A stretch of DNA of 63,434 nucleotides, the filler included. It is 16 parts of 16 records of this genome, joined end to end, with 100 filler letters (N's around TTAATTAATTAA, not from the genome) between each part and the next. Parts side by side here need not be neighbours in the genome. Positions count along the whole stretch, not along the records: positions 32,900 to 36,491 come from SRR15195285_19364; positions 36,592 to 40,477 come from SRR15195285_19381; positions 40,578 to 44,489 come from SRR15195285_19390; positions 44,590 to 48,088 come from SRR15195285_19440; 12 more parts are not named here. One strand, 5' to 3'. Under the pieces are notes generated by a model. That model worked only from the letters and a program-made list of their open reading frames with translations, had not been told where the DNA came from and did not search any database. Shown piece by piece: positions 33,459-45,315 of the stretch. Position 1 is the stretch's first letter. Each line of letters begins with the position of its first letter. The position numbers and the translations under genes were made by a program.

Positions 33459-36400
33459 CTAGTAGGAACCAACAGAGCTCATGGGCGGACACACGCTCAA
33501 GCAGCAGTCGCGGTATTGATTCTCCGAAGCCAAGAAGCCTGTGACACACATGGAAGCCTTCGGTCGCAATGCACCCGTCCCTGGGTGATACTGGTATTGC
33601 TGGCTGTCCTCGGGAATCGCTCCGCATGTCGCATTGGTCACCACAGATGGCCACTGCACACCCCCTTGGCCAGGGAAGCCAGGGACATCTAAGCATGTAT
33701 TGGTGGTGGTAGTTATACGGCCGGTTGCTCGATCATGCGCAACCAACTGCCCCTTTGTACCGGTGGCAGGAGTGCCATCTCGACCAGCGCAAGGCGCCAA
33801 AACTCCACCTTCGGCAATGCAGAGCGTTGTCGAGCGAAGCTGCAGTTGTCCACCTGGGAGCTTTTCCCACTCGGTCAAGGCGGCTGGGACATCGCAGGGT
33901 GTTGACACCACCAGGTCACCAGCCACGGGCGCCCCAGTTCCACAAGTGGCTACGGCGCCGCCGCCCGATGCTCGCCCTTCGAGCGCAAAGTTGTCGAACT
34001 GGACGCCGCCAAGTGTCGTCACCAGGGCCGCCCAGCCGCTTGTCGGGACTTGCCCCTTGAACGGTAGCTTTGGGTGTGGAGGACCACTCGGTGAAGGTGA
34101 CGGATGCGGGTGGGGGTGATTAGGGTCGTAGCCTGGACGTACACCAGAAGCTGGCTTAGTTGGGGTCTGCTCGCACCCGGTTGGATTGCCACGCCAGCAC
34201 GCTGCACCAAGAGGCACACAGTAGAAGCAATGCATGCCCACAGGTGATCAGCTTGAGTACACAGACAACTTACAAACAAAACGCAGTGTAAACAGCAGAG
34301 GAACAGAGACTCAATTGGGGGACATCGCAATCAGAGAGATCTGTTCACGTATTTTCATGTGTAAATGCAGGGCTGTGAGACGCACAAGTGTTGTCGGGTT
34401 CCACTTGCCACACTACACAATTCTGGTCTTTGCAGCAATTGAGTGCACACGTGTGGGCATCGTGGGCACTCTCGTCATGCTGAAGGCCTAAACAAGCTCC
34501 CGAATGGCTGGGCCAAGCAAGCAAACTGCAGTTGGAATGAGCAGGTGGTGCGGAGCCAGGTTTGTAGCCTGCGGCAACCTCTTTCGTACCGTGCTGTTTC
34601 TCTGTGGCAACAGTCCCATTTTTCAGCCAGCAACAGGCGGTATTAGGACGGCAGCTCCCACTCCCAGCTGATGTCGCCACCGCCCACGAAGTGCAGTGCG
34701 CATCGTTGCAGCATGCGTCAATACAGTGCTTGGTATCGCTTGGATCAGACTGCAGCTGCACTTGGCGGTAATCACTGCCAACCAGCATCTCATCGTGAGG
34801 GAGCAACACCATTGTGCCTGCGCAGCTTGGCTGTGTCGCTGTGGTGGTACTGATTGTGGTGACGGCAACACCGCTTCCCACACTGTCGTTTTGCTCTATC
34901 ACCGTTCTTGCTGCTGTCCGACCTTTAGGGGCGGTCATTTCTCCACTCCAAAAAATCTTCCCGTCCATCGATACCGTCGCGTTGTTGCCTACTGTCATCA
35001 GCGACAGCCGGTGCCATTCTCCTACACCCCAGGCAGCACCCGCAGGCAGTTTTCCCGTCGCGATCGGTGCACCATTACAGTAGCTGTTCGTGCAGATCCT
35101 CCATTCCGATGAGCTGGCATTGCTTCCCATAGGAATATTTGGAAGCGCGGGAATGCCACCTTGAAATCCACAACTCGGGTCGTCTGGGTTTCGAACTGTA
35201 GGTATTGCTGGAGTCGCACCACCAATATATACATATACACCAGGCGTAACGCCACGAAAGAAACACGTGTTTCGGACCCGCAGGGCCAGCCCAGCACCAA
35301 CTCCAGGGCTCTCAATCAGGATGTCGGCACCCACCTCGACGTCTTCAAAAAACATATCACCGATGATAGAGATTGGCTGAGAGTGGCCACGATTGCAGAT
35401 CGGCCACAGATCTAGCGGCAGCTGCTGACGGGAGACATTGCCAGACCGCCCACCGCCTGCTGGCATAGTTTCAAACTTCCCCATCTGATCCCCAAAATAA
35501 GGCGCCTCGGCACCAACCTCCATTCCATCAAAGTCTTCATGATACGGCAGCGGAAACGCAGCGGAGCGTGGTTCGCCCTGTGGCACCTGCGGCTTTGTGA
35601 CGCCACCGACAGTCGTAAAAGTGTACATGCAATCCGCGTCGATCTCCACCTCCATGCTGCCAGTGGCAGAGACCAGGATGTCAGCCTGCTTCATAAACCA
35701 CCCGTCTTGCTCGGCGGGGTACTCCCAGCCAGTGCAAGAGCGCCAAGAATGTACAGCCGTTGGCAGCGAAGGCATTCCGTTCAATCCAAACGATACCTTC
35801 TGCTTGGGTACTACCTCCCAGTCTGGTGGATCGCACCGGATGCACTTGCTCGTGTTTTGGCGAAAGGAATGCACGATGATAGCAAAATCTGGGGAGTCTG
35901 GACTAGCCATGGCTGCGTAGTTTCCTCCGCCACGCAGCGCACAGCGGCCCGTGGGAACAGACGCATCCATGCACGGCAATGCGCGCCATCCAGGCTGCAC
36001 GAATCTTGTCCAGTGCATGGTAGTCCAAAGCATTGGAGTAAGTTCATAGTGACCAGAGTTCGGCCATTCGGCACGAACCAGGCCGTCGGAGTCGTAGTCC
36101 ATCCCGCGGGCAAAGCTGCCGATCAGGTACCAGCTGATGGTGGCAGACAAGTCCCACCCCATGTTCTGTACGAGCAAGCGCCCCCAGCACCCTGCGCCAG
36201 TAGCATCACTGTACGTGCTGTAGTCCTCAGCGCTCCACGCAGGCACTCCAGCGGCGCGAACCTTTGGGCTGGTTCCCTTCGACCCCGGGTAATGACTTCC
36301 TAGGGCGCCTACTGCCGCCTTTACTGCTGCATTCGCAGCCATCTCGTCCGCAATCACGTCCATTCCGTTCCCTCCACCATCAGGTGCGATGATCTTGACG

Positions 36401-36491
36401 TGCCCCAGCCCACTTGCATCCAGCCGTTGGCGGAGCGCAAGGATGTATGGCACTGGGCCGGGTTCCTCATTCCAAAGTCCAATAAATGAAA
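33459..36491 (-). CDS. GALC: Glycoside hydrolase family 59 (galactocerebrosidase-like) with PAN/apple-like and ricin-B-like domains; 5' truncated
   Basis: GLWNE, IIAPD, GSHYPG, WSAEDYST...GAGCWGRLL, ATISW, HWTRFVQPGW, YTFTT and FPLPYHEDFD match the GH59 layout. There is an intron near 34240-34375. Confidence 0.88.
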
Positions 36492-36591
36492 NNNNNNNNN
36501 NNNNNNNNNNNNNNNNNNNNNNNNNNNNNNNNNNNTTAATTAATTAANNNNNNNNNNNNNNNNNNNNNNNNNNNNNNNNNNNNNNNNNNNN

Positions 36592-37177
36592 ATCCGCACG
36601 CAAGTGAATCTAGCTTCGACACACACACCACACGAAAAGCACCGAGTCCCCATTGACAAGATCAGCAACAGTGTCCGATGCAGAATTCGTCACGCAGCAT
36701 CCCCCACGATTGCATATGGAGGACGGCTTTCAGGCGAAAGGTGTCGTTCCCACTCAGACACGGCAAGAAATTTCCGAGCACACGCACTACACGCCCGCCC
36801 CCACCAGGCACTCCGGTCTGGTTTGGCTCCTGCAGGCTGAAGTTTGTATTCCAGTACGATCCATCGGGGCTGACAATATCACAGCTGGCGTTGAAAACTG
36901 TGCAAGGTCTGTGGAAAACTTCTGGCACGAAATACGTGCCACGAAGCCCGCTCTCGTTCAGACCTCGTGAGTGTTTGGTTGCGCTGGTATTGACGATGTG
37001 GAAAGACACCGAAAGTGGCAGCGCCAACGATGAATGGACCATCATACGGCCACTGTATGTGTGAACGCCGGTCGGCACGCTATCGCCTGGAGTGAGATAT
37101 GTGCACTCGTACTTGCTGGTGGCAACGACAGCGTTGGAACAGAGCAGCAGCCCGAGCAGAGCGATGAGCGATCTCAT
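36592..37177 (-). CDS. Hypothetical secreted protein, 3' truncated
   Basis: Signal peptide MRSLIALLGLLLCSNAVVA followed by coding-like sequence running toward the contig end. Confidence 0.5.
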
Positions 37178-37601
37178 TGACTGTGCCACTGGCTCAGCGT
37201 CAGTGGACTGGCCCAGTCCATATGGACTACGCGCCCCCTCCACACCCGTAAGAGCGTCATAACTGCACGTCCAGCATCATCGCCAGCGAGCTGCAGACTG
37301 CGAGCCCTCGCGCGTGCATGCATGCAGCCGCGCCGACCGCCGTCGATCGTGCATGCGACCTGGGCAGTGCGACATTTCAGATGAATCCGACTCTAAAAAA
37401 ATGAACTCGCCAAATGATGCCGCATGCAATGGAACTCGTCGAACGTGAAAGACGGACCGGGAGGGCAAACGCGAGCGCCGTTGGCTGCTGGTCGAATAGA
37501 GCTGGCTCGCAGCTGCTGTACCTCTACCTGGCCGCCAGCCATCTGGCCGGTATGGCCTGGCGAGCCGGGCCCTCTACATGTCAGCCTTACATGTAGTCGG
37601 A

Positions 37602-40477
37602 ATGGCGGAGGCTCCACCACCGCCGCCGCCAGCCAGGCCAATGGCGGAGGCCCCACCACCGCCGCCGCCAGCCAGGCCAGCCTCTGTGGCTCAGCTGCCA
37701 CCGCCAACAGCACCAGCTGCCGCCATCGGCACCAGCCCGCCGGAGGCGCCAGCACGCCCACCTGCGGAAGAAGCGAGCTTCCCAGCAGCTGAAGAGTGGG
37801 ATGATGGTGAGACGCGCCCACCGGAGGCTCCCGCGCGTCCAGCGGCGCCTCCACGCCCGGCCGCGGAGGCACCTGCGCGTCCAGCGGCGCCTCCGCGCCC
37901 GGAGGAAGCAGCGCAGCTTGCGGTAGAGACGTCGCGGGAAGACAGCTTTCCAGCAACGGGCGAGTGGGATCATGGCGTCGAGGAGGCTAGCCCGCCGCCG
38001 CCACCACCACCTCGACCGGACGAGGCACCACTGGCACCGGCGCGCCCACACGAGGCGCCAGCTGCTCAGCCTGACGCTGGATCACCCTTGCCAGCGCCGC
38101 ACCCGTCCGTGGAGGCTCCGCCTCCTGTGGGGCAGCAGCAGATCGCGGCAGCGGAAGAACTGCCGCCAGGTAATAGTTCAGTCCCGGGCTCAAGTGCTGG
38201 GACCAGTGACGGGACTGCAGCCGATGCTACACCGGAGGTGCTGGCTGATGTGGCGCCGGCTGCCCACCTAGAGCCGGAGCCGGAGCCGGAGGAGCCGGTA
38301 GCAGAGCCAGACCCAGACCTAGAGCCTGACCCAGACCCAGACCCAGAGCCAGAGCCAGAGTCATCAGAGCTAGAGCTATCAGACTCAGGGCCAGTGTCAG
38401 AGACGCCTCCAGAGGGTCTGAGCAAGAAGGAGCTGAAGGCTTGGAAAAAGCTTAAGGAGAAGCAGGAAAAGGAACGCAGGAAGCTCGAGCAGGCTAAGGC
38501 GCAGCCCGAGTCAGTAATGGACCCGGGACCAGATGTGCCGCCTGGAGCGGAGCCTGGTCAGACACCAGAGACCGAAGGTGATTCCACCACGGAGGTTGAT
38601 GCAAACCTTGACGTGCAGCCTGGTGGGGAGCCAGCGGCGGATGTGGCAGGCGAAGGTGAAGAGGTGGCCGCTGCGGAACCATCGTGGGCTGGCGTTGTGG
38701 AGCTGGTGAAGAGCGAGAAGAAGGGCAAAATCAAGTGGCAGAAAGGCTTTTGCTTTATATTCGAAGGTGTGTCGGAATATGAGTGGCATCCACGCCTGGA
38801 GATTCATGCGACCAAAGAAAAGGCGGCGCGCAGGCAAGGTGCTGAGCCGGCTCGTACATGGAATCTCTGGACTGGACAACACGCAGTACAAGCGTCTTCC
38901 TCATCACAAGGTCCGAAGAAATCGGTGCGCGTCTTACATTGTCTGTTCCTGTGCTTCTGCGGCCAGTGAGCAACCGATTGCCTCGCTGTGCTCGCAGGAG
39001 GTCACATTCGTCGGTGAAGAGCTCGGCATGCAGCAGCTCCAGCTCCCGAGCGATAGGGTTGAGGAGTTTCTTGCAGCAGTCCACGTGGCAGCATGCCCAC
39101 CACCACAGCCAAAGCCAGAGCCGGAGTCGGAGCCAGAGCCACAGGCTGACTCTGGACTGCGGCAAGAGGCTTCATTGGAGGCAATGGAACTCGAGTTGGA
39201 CTTTTCCTCTGGTGAGGAGCAAACAGAAACAGAAGGAGAACTGATGGCAGGAATGACGGAGGATGATCAGCGCAACTACCGGCAGGAAAGGGTCGAACGA
39301 TACTATAGGACGAAGGAGTGGTTTCTTGAGGTACACCTGCCAGGCTGTCGGTACTCTTTCCTTTTGTATACTCGCAAGTCTGGCTGCGCGCCCGAGTGGG
39401 CGGTTAGATGTACGCTAATCTCATTCATGGCCTGGTAGGAGGAGGCTCGAGTGGGCCGTATCGAACAGGAGAAGAGTCTAGACCAACTGTATACAATCCG
39501 TTCACTCGGTCGGTCCACCGCACAGTGTGAACAAGAAGAAGTCGACGTGGACAAGGACGAGGAGCAGGAGCGCTTTGACCTAGCATTTTACAAGGAGGGC
39601 CCTCTTGGTGTCATATTGATTGAATGCTACCACCCTCGGTACGTTCTTTTGCTGCGGCATTAGAAAACCAGTAGCAAGTACGAAGTAGCCCAACAACAAA
39701 CACAGGCGGCCATTTGCAGCTCGTCGAGCGGCTGGATTATCTAGTGTGTTTGGATGGACATTGTAGGTACAAAGCGCGCGGAGATCCGAACTGTGCTCTT
39801 CGCTACCTTCAGATCTCAAAGATCGTGAAACATTCAGAGGCAGGAGAGTACGAGCGTGATGGACGGTTGCAAGTCGGACTGATACTCGAGCGCGTGGACG
39901 GTGCGTCAAAAGTCTTATCCATCATTGGCATGAAACGAATAAATTAACTCATGGCGAAGAAACATGATTGCGTAGGTGTAAATGTGGTGGGTCGAGGCTA
40001 TGAAGAGGTTTTGCCGGTCATGCGGGCACGTGGTAGGCAGCCCTGCGTGCTTACATTCGTGAATCGGGTGCAGCACATCACAGAGGGATTGTTCGGCATT
40101 CCTTTGCAAGCGTTGCTAGATCTCGATGGAAGCGCAGTGCCGCATGTTACGACAAGATGCATTGAGCATCTGTATGAAGAGGGTATGTTCGAGCAGGGAT
40201 TATTCGCTGATGGCACGATGGAGCGCGCCGTGAAGGAACAGGCGGTGGCCGAGTTGAAGGTGCACTTCGAGCAAAACCACAACTATCGGATCACCCGCGG
40301 CAGCAATGTATATGTCGTAGCAGAGCTGATGTTACGGTTTTTCCGGTCCCTTCCAGAGCCGCTTCTCGGTACTCCAGACAGTGCACTGTACGCAGGGCTT
40401 GTAGCCGCGGGCAAGGATGATAGTCCTGTCAAAGATGGCGATTTGCACACAGAGCCAGAGCCAGAGCCAGAGCCAGA
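37602..40477 (+). CDS. Proline-rich RhoGAP protein with PH-like and PDZ-like segments, multi-exon, 3' truncated
   Basis: LFGIPLQALL...VPHVTTRCIEHL...EQGLF and VAELMLRFFRSLPEPLL (RhoGAP); EGPLGV...DGRLQVGLILERVDGVNV (PDZ-like after splicing); Pro-rich N-terminus. Confidence 0.75.
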
Positions 40478-40725
40478 NNNNNNNNNNNNNNNNNNNNNNN
40501 NNNNNNNNNNNNNNNNNNNNNTTAATTAATTAANNNNNNNNNNNNNNNNNNNNNNNNNNNNNNNNNNNNNNNNNNNNCGAAGACCGGATCGTTGCTGCGG
40601 CGCCCTCCTGGTGGGTCTGTGCGGCACTGCGGGCTCGAGCGCGCCGGAGCGGCAGACTCTTCGCGGTTGTTCGTACCCGCTTGGTTGTCCACAGCATGCG
40701 GATGCCGACTCGCCCAGTCGTGGCA

Positions 40726-43304
40726 ATGGCGCGTGCAGCCGCGCAGCTGGCACTGCTGGCACTGTTGCCAAATGTGACGTCGCTGGTGGCGCACCCCAAA
40801 TCTCCTCTGCTTGGCTTCTCGACGTGGAACTGCGTCAGTCGTGGTCCCACCACCAAGCGCCCGCGCCGCCGCGCGCCGTACAAATCTAGCGCCTCATTCA
40901 GCAGCAGTCCCGTCCTAGTAGTCATTTATATGATGGTTCTGTCCGCGGTTTTGGTGTGTGCCTTGCTGGATTGACCTGTCGTTGTCCAACCGGTACGTGT
41001 TGCTGCTGCCAGTTTCGCGGAGCCATCAATGAGACCCTCATGCACAGCGTCGCCGACTCCATGGTCAGCTCTGGCCTGGTTGCCGCTGGGTACAACTACC
41101 TGAATGTCGATGACTTGTGGGCTGCTGATCAGCGCAACGTCAAGGGAGAGATTACTGCTGATGCAGCCAAGTTTCCGTCCGGTATGCCTGCTCTCGCGCA
41201 ATATTTAAAGGATCGTGGCATGAAGCTCGGACTTTACACAAGCCGCAACGTACGGACCTGCTCTGGCAAGATGCCAGGATCCCTTGGGCACGAAGTCATC
41301 GACGCCAAAACCTTTGCGGCGATGGGTGCCGAGTTCCTCAAAAACGTGGGCCATCGCAGTGCAGTTGCGATTTCCTCGTCCAGGTCTCGTACCCAAAAAG
41401 AACACTAACGTGGGTGTTTCGTGATTCCTTTGCGCAGGACGACTGCGGCGTCATTTACGCAAATGCCGCGAAAGACTACGGGGCCATGCAGGATGCCATT
41501 GCTGCTCTGCCCGACATCGAGATGCTTCACAGTGTCAAGGCGCCTGACCTTGGTGCTAAAGATGCGCCAAAGGTTTGCCAGTTTCGGCGGGTTGCAAAAG
41601 ACGTAAAGGATGATTGGTGTGACATCATGCGACTGTTGGACACTGCAAACGACGAGCAGTTCCTGTCGGAGGTGGGACAGGGTTTCTTCTCTGATCTCGT
41701 GCGTGGCCCAAACACATTCAAATGCAAGAACTTGTGCGACTCTTGTTGTGGAAAGTGGCCTTATCAATACACTGTCTCAGGATATGATGGAGATTGGTAA
41801 TCCCGATGACCACGCGAGTGGGGACGCCTTTGGTGTGCCAGGGAAGCTCACAAACACATTGACAGTGGACGAGCAGATTGCGCATTTCAGCCTCTGGGCT
41901 GCGCTTAAGTCGCCGCTGGTGATCGGAGTGAGCTACTCGATAGATCTAGCACATCATGACTGGCATCTTGCTTCGTCGTTCTCACTAGTGGCCATGCTTC
42001 GCCGCTGCGGTGTTGACCACCTCTGCAGGCAGATCCACGCACTCTCACTGCTACCGCACGTGCGATTTTGACCAACGACGAAGTCTTGGCAGTGAACCAA
42101 GTGAGTCCAGATTGATGAGTTCGCACCGATTGCTACGACTCTGCTAGTTGGTAGCTCAAGGAGCAAGGTTCATTTGTGACTCCGGATTCTTTTGATAACT
42201 CAGGACTCTTTGGCTGCTCCTGTTCGACTCGTAAGCACCACATCAGCTGCGACTCAAGATGGAACTGCAATTGAACCGCCTACCGCGGTTCCATCGACAG
42301 CGAATGCACACATGGAAATGAATGGGTTGAAGCTGGAACCCGCGGGGACGAAGCTGAAAACGGAAGTGTGCGATGCGTCTGCTGACCGGCAGCGGTTCTC
42401 AATGATGCCAGTGCCACCTAGTAATTGCAAGCAAGGTGTATCGACAGCGGCAGGGGAAGCGTGTGTAACGATCACGTTCCAAAGATCGTTGTGGCCTCTG
42501 CGTCAGCCATCGGTAGGGCCAATCGGCGTGCAGTGTGCGACTGTGTTAGCAGGTAAGTCACTGATCAGTGACTGACCTTTTCACTTTTGTCTTTGCTGAG
42601 CGAAAATCATATTCTGCTGCAGATCGCTGGCCTTGGTGGGTTTCCCTGCTGCCATGTAACGCTTCTGACGACAGGCAGTTCTGGCTACGACGGCCAGATA
42701 CTAAAATCGAGACCATCTCAGAGGCTTACCAACTCGTCGCCAATACTGGTGGAGTTGCACGTCCATGGCCGTCTAGCTCAACGGGCAAGTGTGTCAATGG
42801 CACGTGCAAGCTGGAAGGTTGTCTATCTGTGGAGGGTAAGTCTATCTATAAGAATCCTGGAGCTGGCCAATGCTGAAGCACACTGATAGGTTGAGTGTGG
42901 ATTGGACAGGCGCCAATCCTGAAGTCGATCAATGCAACTGGTCGACCAACCACTCGCAGTTTGCATGGGACTTTTCGACCGATGGACCTGGGCAGCTGCG
43001 CAGTCAGTTGAGTGGACAGTGTCTGGCAACGGCCAACGGTGCCGAGGTGTACGCTGGGCCGCTCAGTGGCAACCGCCACACGGCTGTCTTGCTCAACCGA
43101 GGCACTTCGGAAGCCAACATAACTCTGGACTTTGCGACGTTGACGGATGAGTACGGCCGGCAGCTGGCGCGCGATAGTAGCAAGATGAGGGTCCGTGACA
43201 TCTTGCTGAAGAAGAACATAGGCACGTTTCAAGGCGCATACAGGCAGGAGGTTGCTTCTCATGCCGTCGCGCATCTGGTACTCGAGCCAGTAGCCCCACA
43301 ATAA
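40726..43304 (+). CDS. Glycoside hydrolase family 27 alpha-galactosidase with ricin-like insert, multi-exon
   Basis: Signal peptide; PLLGFSTWN, GYNYLNVDDLW, KFPSGM..LA, GMKLGLY, PGSLGHE..DA.TFA, spliced FLKNDDC, DMMEIGN, HFSLWAALKSPL, LAVNQD and a C-terminal VLLNR...VRDI. Confidence 0.9.
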
Positions 43305-43617
43305 CATTGACAGCATGAATGTACCATTCATTATGGACCGTGTCCAATTCGCACAACACCTTTGGTGGCAACACCTTTGGTGGCCAATCAGAGCTATCCC
43401 GGAACTATTGGTGCAATCAATCCATCTGAGCTCTATCTTCGGATTGACCTGGTAGCTCAGAGTTCTTTAGCGGCCCAGTGACGCTTTTTCTTAACAGGAG
43501 CATTTGGATCAATTTTCTAAGCTCGTGCACACGAGTACACACAAAGCACAGACAATCCTTGAGAACTCAGGGCACTGCTTGCAGGCATATCGCGGCATTG
43601 ACCCGTAGACACTCTAT

Positions 43618-44489
43618 CTAGTAGGATGGTTTACGCACAGGTAAGTTCAAGCGTTTCCGCTCACGGTGGTCCTTGATTGCCTGCAGCTGTTGCGGCGTCG
43701 GCGGCCCAGGACCCGGAGCCCCCGACGGCGGCGCTGGAGGCGCAATTTCACAATGTGGGCCTCGCCAGCCCTGTGAACATTTGCACACCGCGTTGTTGGA
43801 ACCAACAGGTGTACACGTTCCGTACTTACCACACTCAAGTTGAGTGGGCCATTGGCAAGGGTCAGGTGGCTCATGACAGCGTGGACCACGCTGTACAGGC
43901 AGGCGAGTACGTACGCACAGGTGCAGAAAACAGGTAAGAAAAGCATTTTGATGAAGCAACGGCCAGAATCGCATGAAATGAAACGCATACAAACATCGCG
44001 CGTTCAGCAGGGAGTTGGTTTGATTTGCCTACCCAGCCTTTCACGCAGATGCATGAGAAATCTCTGCCTTTCTTCACTGCTTCGTCGTCCGCGTCCACGC
44101 ATTTGCCGGCGTTGCCACATGGGTTGGCATCGCAGACATGGGTCTGGCAGTCGGGACCTGACCAGCCACGGGAACAACTGCAGCGATACGCTCTACCATC
44201 CGCGCCAACTTGTGCCGCGGCCAGAGTTTCACAAGTCCCACCGTTGAGGCAAGGTTCGCTGAGGCAGGCCGAAGGTGGGACGTCGCACAGGTCGCCGGTC
44301 CAATTGTTCTCACAGGCGCAGCTCCCTGCACCACACGAGCCGGCAGCGCGTGCTTCTGTAATTCCTATCTGCCGTCCGTGCTCTCCGCAGCCACACTGGA
44401 TGTCACACTGAGGTCCAATGTATTCGCCTTGACAGGCACAGCTGCCGGCATCGCAGGAACCAGCAGCTCGAGCTGCTGCTATGCCAACT
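43618..44489 (-). CDS. EGF-like repeat protein, 3' fragment
   Basis: Several CxC...G..C EGF modules (CSCSRGWSGPDCQTHVC, CKCSQGWRGPHCE); one intron at about 43891-44050. Confidence 0.7.
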
Positions 44490-45315
44490 NNNNNNNNNNN
44501 NNNNNNNNNNNNNNNNNNNNNNNNNNNNNNNNNTTAATTAATTAANNNNNNNNNNNNNNNNNNNNNNNNNNNNNNNNNNNNNNNNNNNNTGTGCGTCAGA
44601 GTGCGTCATCCTCCCTGCTGTCCAAGTCTAGCAGCAGTGGTGTTTTTTCCAAGTCTAGCTAGCACCAGATCCAGATCCAGTATACATAGAAAGGGTGTAT
44701 GTTAGGGCAACGAAGCACTTACCAGATGCTTGCTTGCTAAGTGCGCCGTCTTCTCGCCGATGTCGCTGGCTGTCCATACAGCTGTCTGCGAAATCGATTC
44801 GATTATGTTGGATGCTGATTCCCTGAGAGCCGAGATCGACTCAGACTTTCCAGCAGGCCTAAGGCTGGTGCGCACCTAGACATGCACCCATGCACCCAGA
44901 GACGACTTGACTTGACAAGACAAGACAAGACAAGACAGACGACTTGACTTACCTCGTTACCTCGGTAAAGGCTGGGTACTTGACGGTGACGACTTGTGCG
45001 TGTATGCATGTGCTGCATCCGCGTGGCGACTGGCCATGGGCGGTGGTGGCACCTTAGCCAGCACTGTAGCTCTCGGTACCACGCCTTGCCTGCGCGCGGC
45101 CGGCCTCCACCGCGCGCCCTCCCTCTGCGCTGCCCCATGCTGGCAGCTATAGGGGCTAAGCGCGAGCGACACTCAAGAGGTTGCGATTCGACACGGTTCT
45201 GGTCCATTCTTCTCGGCATCTCTCCCCCTTTCACACACACACACACCGCCGCTTACCCTCCTCACTCCCCTCCAGAGCGCATCTGAATCTATCTCCCTCT
45301 ATTTTGTCCTCAAGC

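Noticed and set aside
43355-43385. CAACACCTTTGGTGG tandem duplication
   Set aside because: A simple 15-nt local duplication in a 3' intergenic region with no other copies seen.
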